The notes under the pieces are model-generated. The model searched no databases, was not told the origin of the DNA, and saw nothing but the letters and a program-made list of their open reading frames with translations. From a virus (taxonomy: Duplodnaviria > Caudoviricetes), in IMG/VR virus record IMGVR_UViG_3300037483_000503, positions 1 to 25,913 of that record: a DNA stretch of 25,913 nucleotides; one strand, given 5' to 3'. Below, piece by piece: positions 1-8,342 of this stretch; the first letter of the stretch is position 1, and each line of letters opens with the position of its first letter. The position numbers and the translations under genes were made by a program.

Positions 1-1
1 C

Positions 2-385
2 CGCTTAGACGAAATGGTCGAGACGGACCTAGGCCGCATACTTAACGCATGCGATAGGCTTGATACTTGGATAAAAGAAGTAAGAAAGTTTGCGCTAAAT
101 CGGCTGAACTCTGGCGTTCAAATTGAGGGATGGAAGTTAGTGGAAAAAAGGGCGCAGAGAGTATGGGTAGATAGTACCCTGGTTGCGACGGAAGCCCGCA
201 AAAAATTCGGTGACGTGCCTATACTAGACGTGAAACTAAAATCTCCTGCGCAGTTAGAGAAAATTCTCAAAGACAAAAAATGGGTCGCAGAACGCGTCAA
301 ACGCGAGTCATCCGGATGGACTATGGTCCCCGATTCCGATAAGCGCCAAGCCATTGATCCTTGGGGTGGTTTCCTTGAGGCTTGA
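2..385 (+). CDS. DUF2800-family (Cas4-like PD-(D/E)XK) phage nuclease, C-terminal part; 5' truncated by the window edge
   Basis: The frame is open to position 2 (CGC TTA GAC GAA ATG). The C-terminal motifs GWKLVEKR..R.W.D, KLKSPAQLEK and TMVPDSDKRQA are typical of DUF2800, and the gene lies directly upstream of DUF2815 and PolA as in APSE-like modules. Confidence 0.8.
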   Translation, partial: RLDEMVETDLGRILNACDRLDTWIKEVRKFALNRLNSGVQIEGWKLVEKRAQRVWVDSTLVATEARKKFGDVPILDVKLKSPAQLEKILKDKKWVAERVKRESSGWTMVPDSDKRQAIDPWGGFLEA

Positions 386-498
386 CAATTTTATCCGGGA
401 ATAGTAACCCGGTTTGTATGTTAACCGCACGTTGATAAGCCTACCCGGTAGTTCGGGAGGCCCGTTTATAACAGCATTACGTTTAAGAGGTATGTCGT

Positions 499-1077
499 AT
501 GGCTATGGACCCTGCACTCAAAGTTCTCACTCCTGCGTTTAGAGTATCATTCCCTCATGTTTTCGAACCCCATAGCGGTTTTGAGAATCAGCCGAAAAAG
601 TACTCCCTGACTATGCTATTTCCGAAAGACACTGATATGTCGGCGTTGCGTAAAGCCATTGAAATCGCAGCGGTCGAAAAATGGGGTAACGACAAAGCGA
701 AATGGCCTAAGCCGCTGCGTAATCCACTCCGCGATGGCGACGAGAAATCAGACCTGAACGGCTATGCGGGTCACTACTTCGTAGCGGCGTCAAGTCAGAA
801 AATGCGACCCGGTCTGGTGGATAGGCACCGCCAGCCGATCACTGAGGAATCACAATTCTACGCCGGTTGCTGGGCGATGGCGACTGTCGTAGCATTTGCA
901 TATGATAAAGCGGGTAACCGGGGTGTGTCGTTTTCCTTGCAGAACGTTATGAAGGTACGCGACGATGAAGCCTTTAGCGGACGTAGACGCGCTGAGGACG
1001 ATTTCGGGGATATCGAACTACCCGATGATAGCAGTACTGCAGGAGACAATTTCGCGGCTGACGATGGTTGGGCTTAG
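499..1077 (+). CDS. DUF2815 / T7 gp2.5-like single-stranded DNA-binding protein
   Basis: Motifs RVSFPHVFEP, KYSLTMLFPK, PLRDGDEK, YAGCW and NRGVSFSLQNV; acidic C-terminal tail ending in an aromatic residue (DDGWA); RBS AAGAGG upstream. Confidence 0.9.
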   Translation: MAMDPALKVLTPAFRVSFPHVFEPHSGFENQPKKYSLTMLFPKDTDMSALRKAIEIAAVEKWGNDKAKWPKPLRNPLRDGDEKSDLNGYAGHYFVAASSQKMRPGLVDRHRQPITEESQFYAGCWAMATVVAFAYDKAGNRGVSFSLQNVMKVRDDEAFSGRRRAEDDFGDIELPDDSSTAGDNFAADDGWA

Positions 1078-1079
1078 GT

Positions 1080-1262
1080 ATGCTGGGTTTTATTCGAAAC
1101 GTATTAAAGCGCTTAGGCGTCGGTATAGGCCTTATGTTATTTTTGGTTGCGGTTTTGACGATGTGTGTTTTCGCTACTCTCGTCGCTCCGTTTCAATGGC
1201 TCTTAACGGGAAAAACGATGTTTACATACGATCCCAAAGACTCGTACCATGAGTGGAATTGA
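1080..1262 (+). CDS. Small membrane protein of unknown function
   Basis: Fills the gap between SSB and PolA. Basic N-terminus followed by a long hydrophobic stretch (LGVGIGLMLFLVAVLTMCVFATLVAPF). The ATG at 1080 is preferred over 1068 because it follows the SSB stop. Confidence 0.55.
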   Translation: MLGFIRNVLKRLGVGIGLMLFLVAVLTMCVFATLVAPFQWLLTGKTMFTYDPKDSYHEWN

Positions 1263-3241
1263 AAAAGTACTGCATAATAGATTATGAAACTCGTAGCCGC
1301 GCAGACCTTAAAAAAGTCGGCGGCTACGAGTACTCTATTGATCCAACTACATCTATTATATGCGCCGCATATAAAATCGGTACTAGGGATGAGCTACGCG
1401 CCGCGCCTACCTACGTTTGGGAGCCGCTGCGCACTAGCGAGCCGTTCCCTGCAGTACTGAGAGATGCCCTAAACAGTGACGTTACTTTTGTCGCTCACAA
1501 CGCTTTTTTTGAGCAGGTGATAACCCAGAACGTGCTACCCAGGCATACGTACCGGCTGAGCAGTATACCCGTCGATAGGTGGATATGTACGGCTTCGCTA
1601 GCGGCTACCCTGGCCCTACCCCGAAAATTAGATGAAGTCGGGCGAGCAATGGGTACCGTCGTCAAAAAAGACATGCAAGGCCACCGCGTCATGCTCAAAT
1701 GCAGTAAGCCCCGAACGCCATCCAAGCATGACCCTTCGGTATGGCATGAGAAACCTGGCGACCTAGCCATGGTCGCAAGCTATTGCAGCGACGATATCGA
1801 AGTAGAAACTGAATTGTTTTTGAAACTACCGCCCCTTAGTCCTGTAGAGCGTAAGCTATGGGAGCTAGATCAACGGATGAATATGCGCGGTATCCGGGTT
1901 GATAGGTCAGCGGTCTTAGGCGCGATATCCGTTGTTGAAAATGCTTTACGTGAGTATACGGCGGAGCTAGCGCGAATCACAGGTGGCGAGGTACGTTCAC
2001 CAAACCAAGTCGGGCTAATCGTCAAGTACCTAGCAGAGCATTACGGTTACCGGATCGAAAGCATGGCCGCGCCTGTCCTGCGCGAAGCGCTGAAGGGGGA
2101 TCCGCCGCTCCCCGTACGCCGAATCTTAGAGATCAGGCAGCTAGCGGCTAAGTCCTCTACCAAAAAGGTATATGCGTTTGAGCGACGAACTAGGAGCGAC
2201 GGCGTAGCCCGCGATATATTGGCGTATCACGCTGCGTCGACGGGCCGGTGGGCTGCTGTCGGCGTCCAGGTGCATAACCTGCCCAGGGGCAAAACGGCGG
2301 TAGACGAATCCGTTTTTGACGCATTTCAATTTTGCGATACGGACACCCTTCATTTCGCGGGCGAGCCTCTAGACGTAGTGTCAAGCGCGTTACGAGGAAT
2401 GATAGTCCCGCATGAAGGGTATGAGTTTTTCGCGGGCGACTGGTCAGCTATCGAAGCCAGGGTATGCAGTTGGCTGGCTGGTGATAGCCACGGTATCGAT
2501 GAGTATGCAACCAATGCACCTGTATACCGGCGACTAGCCGCTAGGATATACCGTATAAGTGTAGACGATGTTTCAGCTTATCAGCGCCAGGTTGGCAAAG
2601 TTGCTAGGTTGGGTCTGCAGTACGGCATGGGCTGGAAAAAGTTTATCGTTACCTGTAAAGATAGTTTCGGCGTAGAGATAGACGAGTCTACCGCCCAGAC
2701 CGCCGTTGAGGTATTTAGGGAAGTACATCACGCCATCGTGACCGCGTGGGCTACGACCGAACGCGCCGCCATTGCTGCAGTACAAAACCCGACCCGACGC
2801 TACAAGATAAACAAGTGCATATGGTCTATGCGCAAAAAATTTTTAACCTGCGAACTCCCTAGCGGGCGGAAGCTGTACTTCTATAATCCCGAAATACGAA
2901 TGAAGCCAACCCCGTGGAAGGAACTAAGACCTGCGCTTTACCACTACGCGGTCAATGGAGTAACCCGTAAATGGGGTTTAGAAGGTACGTACGGCGGTCG
3001 TCTAATGGAAAACATATCTCAGGCAGTCGCTAGGGATATCATGGCCGACGCTATGCTAAGGCTGGAAGGTACCCTATACCGCCCGGTATTTACAGTACAC
3101 GACGAGATAGTTGCCGAAGCTGTACAGGGGGCAGGCGATTTAGACGATTTTAATACACTGCTAACCCAAGCCCCCGCATGGGCGGGTGATCTACCCTTGG
3201 AAGTAGGAAGCTGGCGCGGCGACCGCTACAGAAAGGCATAA
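1253..3241 (+). CDS. Family A DNA polymerase (3'-5' exonuclease + polymerase, no 5' nuclease), APSE-like
   Basis: ExoI DYET, ExoII AHNAFFE, ExoIII YCSDD; polymerase motif A DWSAIEARV, motif B RQVGKVARLGLQYG, motif C VHDE. GTG start. Confidence 0.95.
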   Translation: MELKKYCIIDYETRSRADLKKVGGYEYSIDPTTSIICAAYKIGTRDELRAAPTYVWEPLRTSEPFPAVLRDALNSDVTFVAHNAFFEQVITQNVLPRHTYRLSSIPVDRWICTASLAATLALPRKLDEVGRAMGTVVKKDMQGHRVMLKCSKPRTPSKHDPSVWHEKPGDLAMVASYCSDDIEVETELFLKLPPLSPVERKLWELDQRMNMRGIRVDRSAVLGAISVVENALREYTAELARITGGEVRSPNQVGLIVKYLAEHYGYRIESMAAPVLREALKGDPPLPVRRILEIRQLAAKSSTKKVYAFERRTRSDGVARDILAYHAASTGRWAAVGVQVHNLPRGKTAVDESVFDAFQFCDTDTLHFAGEPLDVVSSALRGMIVPHEGYEFFAGDWSAIEARVCSWLAGDSHGIDEYATNAPVYRRLAARIYRISVDDVSAYQRQVGKVARLGLQYGMGWKKFIVTCKDSFGVEIDESTAQTAVEVFREVHHAIVTAWATTERAAIAAVQNPTRRYKINKCIWSMRKKFLTCELPSGRKLYFYNPEIRMKPTPWKELRPALYHYAVNGVTRKWGLEGTYGGRLMENISQAVARDIMADAMLRLEGTLYRPVFTVHDEIVAEAVQGAGDLDDFNTLLTQAPAWAGDLPLEVGSWRGDRYRKA

Positions 3242-3247
3242 GGGCCT

Positions 3248-3532
3248 ATGACCCGCAATGAGTATAGAGAAAAAGCTATTCAGCGTCACCTACGTCAAGC
3301 CCGTATGTTAGAGGCGCAGCTAAGGGCTAAGATCACCACGCCTGCGCCAATCCACCACGGGGAGGAGCGTAGGTCATGGGAGATCGAACTCCTAACCGCC
3401 CGACTTTTAGCCGAACGCTACTTAGTGTCTATTTTAGGCCATAAGAGCAATTTTAAAAAGGCGGCGGAACCAACCTCTACCGTAGTAGGTGAACGTATCA
3501 AGGCGAGAATAGTACAAGGCCCGCTCAGCTAG
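3248..3532 (+). CDS. Hypothetical protein
   Basis: ATG 6 nt after the PolA stop, with AAGGG upstream; helical and charged. Its 3' end overlaps the convergent endolysin by 99 nt. Confidence 0.45.
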   Translation: MTRNEYREKAIQRHLRQARMLEAQLRAKITTPAPIHHGEERRSWEIELLTARLLAERYLVSILGHKSNFKKAAEPTSTVVGERIKARIVQGPLS

Positions 3533-3901
3533 ATATGCGGGTAGGATTTCTGCGATAGGGCTTTTTGCCGCGCTAGATTTGGTGATCGGACCCACAACGC
3601 CGTCCGCTTTTATGCCTAGCACCAACTGTAGTAGGCCCACCGCTGTTGCCCCGCCACAATTCACGGCGCAATCAAATACAGGTAGCTGCAGTTTTGAAGG
3701 CAGGTCGTCAATGCGATACTTTGCCCAATAATCGCGTAAGTATATATCGTAGGCCTCGCTGACCGTTAGCTTTTTGATATCGAGGCCGGGGTATGCGCGT
3801 TTTGAGATACCGAACTTAGTCTCACCGCCTGGGTCACCAGGGTCATTGACGTACCCTCCCTCTATCGAAATGACGAGGCGTATAGCGGTAGCCGCGTTCA
3901 T
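3434..3901 (-). CDS. Endolysin, glycoside hydrolase family 108 with C-terminal peptidoglycan-binding (PG_binding_3-like) domain
   Basis: EGGYVNDPGDPGGETKFGIS signature, YLRDYW, FDCAVN.G, DGVVGPIT and GRGWFRR. Confidence 0.95.
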   Translation of the reverse strand: MNAATAIRLVISIEGGYVNDPGDPGGETKFGISKRAYPGLDIKKLTVSEAYDIYLRDYWAKYRIDDLPSKLQLPVFDCAVNCGGATAVGLLQLVLGIKADGVVGPITKSSAAKSPIAEILPAYLAERALYYSRLDTFTYYGRGWFRRLFKIALMA

Positions 3902-4323
3902 ACGATCATCGTTTCTTTGATCAGGTCGGGTTTACGCTTTTTGTACGTTTTAAAAACCTCATAACCAAATACCTGAGCAGCGGCTAGGGTGGATGAATGC
4001 AGTACCGCCATTTTCCAGTCAAGTCCTTGAGCTACTAAGGTAGTTACGCCTAGAAACACCGATCCTCCTGATACCGCTGCCAGCTTCCATTTCGGTTGAA
4101 AATGTCGAATAGCCAGCATACCGCCTTGAATTGATAGACCGATTAGACCCAGAGTGCCCAATCCCCGCCAACCCGCAATGGCGGCTAGGAATGAAGCCCA
4201 CTCCCCCGTTGATGGCGCGTCGGCGGTGACGGTCGCCTCTATACTAGCGTCCGCCCCTAACGCGATTCGCGTAAACAACATAAATAGAAACGCGCCGAAA
4301 AACCAGAGTGTCGTTCTTTTCAT
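3898..4323 (-). CDS. Multi-pass membrane protein, putative holin (start reassigned to MKRTTLWFFG)
   Basis: The ATG at 4323 forms an ATGA overlap with the upstream 62-aa gene and the stop overlaps the endolysin start. It has an N-terminal signal-like hydrophobic segment, 2-3 further hydrophobic segments and a basic C-terminus (KTYKKRK). Confidence 0.6.
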   Translation of the reverse strand: MKRTTLWFFGAFLFMLFTRIALGADASIEATVTADAPSTGEWASFLAAIAGWRGLGTLGLIGLSIQGGMLAIRHFQPKWKLAAVSGGSVFLGVTTLVAQGLDWKMAVLHSSTLAAAQVFGYEVFKTYKKRKPDLIKETMIV

Positions 4324-4508
4324 AGCTCGTCGTCCTTTATATCTAGCCGTTGTAGGATACCGCGAATCTTCTGATGAGCCGCGTTTACGTCTTTTTGGTT
4401 CTGAGCCGTTTGCGTGTACATCCACCAAAGCCGGGATAGCAGAAACGTTCCCGTCGCCAGAATCCCTCCCGTTAGGGCTTTTGTTAGTATGTCTTGAATA
4501 TCTAGCAA
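4320..4508 (-). CDS. Small single-TM plus coiled-coil protein (holin/antiholin-like)
   Basis: TTG start with AAGGG upstream; TM segment ALTGGILATGTFLLSRLWW followed by a coiled-coil-like tail; ATGA overlap with the next gene. Confidence 0.6.
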   Translation of the reverse strand: MLDIQDILTKALTGGILATGTFLLSRLWWMYTQTAQNQKDVNAAHQKIRGILQRLDIKDDEL

Positions 4509-4552
4509 TCATTTAGCCCTTTACCTCTGGCTTAAGCCACCTACGGTGTTGT

Positions 4553-5260
4553 TCATCGCACTCGTCTTGCTCGGATATAACTCCGAGTATCGTAGTCAAA
4601 TCCAGACCCATTAGTGAATGCGAGCAAATAGATAATACCCGATTCCGATAACGAGAATCGCCTAGTGCCTGATGGCAGAGTTACGAAATTAATCAAAGCA
4701 CCGGATGGTTGTATCAAAGTGCCAAAACCACCTTTTGTAACATTATCAGCCGTAGTATTGCTGCTGGATAAAACGGCTACAATTCGGGTAACTCCAGAGG
4801 AACCCGCAGCATTGGCCGCAACAAAACCCTCTACGTCCCAATCTCCTGCTGACAACGTAACACTAGCCAGTTCTACATAATCAGCATTTGCTGCGGTAAC
4901 ATCGGTACCTGCATTAGCCCCTACAAACTCACCAACATACCCGGCAGCCGCGTCATCGTTTGTGTTCGTGCCCTTGAGTTGACCCGCGGATTTCACGACG
5001 CCGGGCAGCGACTGAGTAGTCTCAGCGCCAGTCGTAAAGAAGTTCGGGTCGTCAATTTGGCCCCACGCGGGGTCGGTGCCGTCAGACCGCAACAACCGAT
5101 TGTCGGCTCCTACGGCTAGCCGACCAGGGGTTCCCGATCCATCGGTAGAAACAATGACGTCACCTTGGGTAGTCATCGGGTTTGCTATAGGCGTAGTGCC
5201 CGACGGCGCAGATACCGATACCCCTGATGCGAATGTTAATTGCCTGAATTCACCCGCCAT
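4553..5260 (-). CDS. Tail fibre / receptor-binding-type protein
   Basis: Fibre-type repeat NPMTTQGDVIV..GTPGRLAVG....L.SDGTDP.W and a C-terminal domain GTNTNDDAAAGYVGE...LSAGDWDV...IRARRVR seen in phage fibres; last gene of the tail block. Confidence 0.7.
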   Translation of the reverse strand: MAGEFRQLTFASGVSVSAPSGTTPIANPMTTQGDVIVSTDGSGTPGRLAVGADNRLLRSDGTDPAWGQIDDPNFFTTGAETTQSLPGVVKSAGQLKGTNTNDDAAAGYVGEFVGANAGTDVTAANADYVELASVTLSAGDWDVEGFVAANAAGSSGVTRIVAVLSSSNTTADNVTKGGFGTLIQPSGALINFVTLPSGTRRFSLSESGIIYLLAFTNGSGFDYDTRSYIRARRVR

Positions 5261-5267
5261 ACTAACC

Positions 5268-7853
5268 TCAAATGTCTAATAGGTCGCTTGCTTCTATGTC
5301 TACACTATCCGCGCTCTTGTCTAGTCCAATTATCTTTAAGTCCACGCTACCGCTCCCTCCTAACACTTCACTAGCGTCTAGTTGTAGATCGTCACCAATC
5401 TGACTCGCTAGGTGGTCAGACGACGTGGTGAACCTGTAAACCGCTAGCCTATGGCTTAGTATATCAAATATGTCTTGGATACGGTCCGTTATGGTTTCAA
5501 GCACATGCCGAAAGCGCCGGGTAACTTGCACGCCGTGTAGGTGCCGGGCTACCTCGCTAGACACCGTTTCGCTCGGGCTAGACGCGCCGGCTAACGCCGC
5601 TTCACTAGCGTTGTGCGGATTGTACGCTATTAGCTGAGTAACTATATCCTGATAACCCACGTCTATTGATAACCCTCTATAGGTATTTTCGTCTACGGCG
5701 GCTGTCGAGCTAGGGGCTGATAGTAGTTGGTACTCTAGTTCAAAAGAATTGTTAGCAAATACCAGGCCCATTACGGATTTACATACCAGTTCAAGGTATT
5801 TGCGATACGACGCGAAATCGCCCTCATCAAATTGAGGTATCGAAAATGCGGTATTTAGGTCTAAAGCGCTTTGCGCCGATGTAAACGACGCTGCGTTAGT
5901 TGTAAGCCCCGCTTTATCTGCTAATGCTTTCGCGACGTGTGCATGCCCCACGTTAGCGTCACTGCCCGTTCGTACGTACAAGTCATAGTCAGAAGGGTTG
6001 ATAGCGTTGGCCGGGCGATAGCTGGTCAGTACGTCGGCGCTATAGCTCGACGCTTCGGGTATGGGTAAGTCACGTAAGAGATAGTCACTGTCTACGTGAA
6101 AGTAAGCCAAGTCGTCCTCAACGTCGTCTAGCAGAGTGATGTACTGGTATACGTTGCCGCTATCAAGAGTTGTTTCGCTCGTCGTAAAGTGCCTGCCATA
6201 GTAGAGCGGCCAAGCCTTCCCGGAACTACGTTCCACGAGTACGACGGCGGGGGCGGTGTTAGTGCTCCAAGTGTCCCCTGAGTTTAGGGTTAAAAACTCG
6301 TACCCGTTTTTAGTCGACTGATCGATAACGACAAACGCGTGGGTGTACGTTTGAACGCCGTACGTAAACGACTGGTCCCGGACACATAGGGCATTTGCCG
6401 ACTTTGTCTGAGCGCTATTCTCCCAAGCAAAGCTATCACCTATTCGAATATTGTTATCTGCACCAGTAAACTTCACTAGGTGAAGGTTCTGAATGACTAG
6501 GTTAGCGTCACTCTGTATACGCATGGCGGTCGCTGTTTTAGTATCAGTGCCGACTTGGATATCAAAGTTTAGTTCCCTTGGGCCATCGCTATTAAACCGC
6601 GCTACCGACCAAACGCGGTTAGCGTCTTTACCCGCAAAGCCCGACGCCTCGGTGCACACTGCTGACGTGAGTGACGACGTATCCAGCCTGCTAACCGGAA
6701 ACGGGATAGCGTAGTCAGAGTCTACCCCAGTGTAGCCTACGCCGTTGATAGATAGAAACGCTGCCGTATCGTCAATGACCGCGAAGCCCATTTTAGGGGC
6801 TATATTAACCCCGTTGTTCGCACCCGTATTCCAAAGTAACGTAAACGAGTTGGTGCTATCTTCTTCGAATAAAAATATTCGATTGGATGCGAAGTACGTA
6901 ACCGAATAGTTATTGGTAGTCGCTACGGCGTTCATAGCGGTCTCAACCGCTGTTGCCAAATCCTCTGGTGAGTAGAACCCCTCGCTGACTGTAGCGCTTA
7001 GTGTGCCATCCGCGTCACTCCAGTCTATGTATTTATACGTACTAGGAATTTCGATCATGTCCGATGCGTCGACCGTCTTATACCTTGACAATGGAGCCGC
7101 AATATACGGTACCGGGTTACCCGCATTTGATGCGGCGACATTCGGGAATGACCCGGACTCTTTTAGAAAATAAGCCTCATTAGCCGAGTCGCCCATCAAG
7201 CAAGGCTGATCTAGCAGAGAAAATATGTCGTACAAAGTGAAGGTGATTTCGTCACCACTTATATCTATTCTTTTTATTCTACCTTCAAACATTTTTTGAA
7301 TATTCTCAACGCCGTTAACGCAAACCCAGCATTTAACCACCTTCTCGTAGAATGAGTCCTTAGACGTTAAGTAGTTCTGGAACTCTCTATCTGTGTTTAC
7401 GAGTTTAACGGCGGTGATCGCCGATGAAAGCACTCCGTTTAGCATACCACTGACACTTTGTTTAACCTTAGGAGCCTGGGTTAGCCTAGGCTCCCAATGG
7501 ACTTCATCAGTGCCGCTGTCCTCTGGGTCGATCGTCGTTATACGGTACTGGCCCGACGTATAGAACAAGTCGTAGAAAACTACGATAACGTTAGTCGCTG
7601 ATGGCGCAGCGGCTAACTTAACCTCAAGGCTGGTCCCGCTCCAGTACCAGTAATCGTTAGTGCCGGGTGTCGAGCTAGTTTCCGTTAGGGCAGTACCGTT
7701 ACGCTCGACTCTATTTATCTGATACGTCCAGTCTATGCTGTAAACCCCGCCGCCGTCAGCGCTCATATCCGCACTTACATACCGGGCGGGTGTCATTTTC
7801 ACTAGAGTGAAGCGTTCGCTATTCGGCTTAGCGGACTCGGTTGCAAAGGTCAT
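5268..7853 (-). CDS. Large tail tip / baseplate hub (Tal-like) protein
   Basis: 861 aa, beta-rich, downstream of TMP and Dit. Hub-like segments (MFEGRIKRIDISGDEITFTLYD; QIGDDLQL...LKIIGLDK). Contains the shared inserted domain at ~6715-7055. Confidence 0.7.
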   Translation of the reverse strand: MTFATESAKPNSERFTLVKMTPARYVSADMSADGGGVYSIDWTYQINRVERNGTALTETSSTPGTNDYWYWSGTSLEVKLAAAPSATNVIVVFYDLFYTSGQYRITTIDPEDSGTDEVHWEPRLTQAPKVKQSVSGMLNGVLSSAITAVKLVNTDREFQNYLTSKDSFYEKVVKCWVCVNGVENIQKMFEGRIKRIDISGDEITFTLYDIFSLLDQPCLMGDSANEAYFLKESGSFPNVAASNAGNPVPYIAAPLSRYKTVDASDMIEIPSTYKYIDWSDADGTLSATVSEGFYSPEDLATAVETAMNAVATTNNYSVTYFASNRIFLFEEDSTNSFTLLWNTGANNGVNIAPKMGFAVIDDTAAFLSINGVGYTGVDSDYAIPFPVSRLDTSSLTSAVCTEASGFAGKDANRVWSVARFNSDGPRELNFDIQVGTDTKTATAMRIQSDANLVIQNLHLVKFTGADNNIRIGDSFAWENSAQTKSANALCVRDQSFTYGVQTYTHAFVVIDQSTKNGYEFLTLNSGDTWSTNTAPAVVLVERSSGKAWPLYYGRHFTTSETTLDSGNVYQYITLLDDVEDDLAYFHVDSDYLLRDLPIPEASSYSADVLTSYRPANAINPSDYDLYVRTGSDANVGHAHVAKALADKAGLTTNAASFTSAQSALDLNTAFSIPQFDEGDFASYRKYLELVCKSVMGLVFANNSFELEYQLLSAPSSTAAVDENTYRGLSIDVGYQDIVTQLIAYNPHNASEAALAGASSPSETVSSEVARHLHGVQVTRRFRHVLETITDRIQDIFDILSHRLAVYRFTTSSDHLASQIGDDLQLDASEVLGGSGSVDLKIIGLDKSADSVDIEASDLLDI

Positions 7854-8341
7854 GCGGGTTTACTCCGGTCTGCATACCCAAACCAATGCGCTGCCCCTGC
7901 ATAGTACGCTGGATTTGTCGCAGGAGTATTAACCGGGTCAGGCCAGTCACTGATAGCTGCGAGGTAGAATGTATCCGCATTTCGGGTGTAGTTATTAGTC
8001 TCGATAGCCAGGTGGTACTCGGTATCACTATCTAAATGCTGGCGTTCGAAATCAAAGCGCATGAATCCTATCTGATAATCGCCGTTAGCGTTACCTATCT
8101 CTGATACCCAGTCTGCTACTTCTGCCCAGTCGGAATTGATCACCAACCCAGTAAGGTCTGAGCGCGAATAGAGCCCGAGCCTAAGCTGCTCACTGCCCCC
8201 TGCCACGCCGTGGACGAATATAACTTGGCGTATCCATTTTAGTTCAATGTCCTCTGCCATCGTAAAACCGCCCAGGTGCGCTACCTCACTCGTGTCTAGC
8301 GTCTTAGCGGCTTGCGTTATATGTATTGGTGAAAACCCCAA
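7850..8341 (-). CDS. Minor tail protein (beta-sandwich-like)
   Basis: Lies between Dit and hub with a 1-nt gap and a 4-nt overlap; TTG start; alternating beta-strand pattern. Confidence 0.55.
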   Translation of the reverse strand: MGFSPIHITQAAKTLDTSEVAHLGGFTMAEDIELKWIRQVIFVHGVAGGSEQLRLGLYSRSDLTGLVINSDWAEVADWVSEIGNANGDYQIGFMRFDFERQHLDSDTEYHLAIETNNYTRNADTFYLAAISDWPDPVNTPATNPAYYAGAAHWFGYADRSKPA

Positions 8342-8342
8342 G

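Noticed and set aside
2-385. Cas4-like nuclease as evidence of a CRISPR-Cas system
   Set aside because: DUF2800-type nucleases are routine in this replication module; no array or other cas genes are present.
382-410. Perfect TTGACA as a sigma70 -35 box
   Set aside because: It overlaps the TGA stop of the upstream gene, and there is no acceptable -10 hexamer at 16-18 nt spacing (TAACCC at 17).
4019-4201. Nested ORF as a possible Rz1-like o-spanin
   Set aside because: No hydrophobic signal or lipobox and not Pro-rich.
4324-4512. N-terminal 63-aa extension of the 204-aa ORF in the track
   Set aside because: It overlaps the 62-aa TM gene in another frame; the ATGA coupling at 4320-4323 supports the shorter start.
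4528-4539. 12-bp palindrome TGGCTTAAGCCA between the fibre and lysis genes
   Set aside because: Single short occurrence with no U-tract and no second copy noticed; function cannot be supported.
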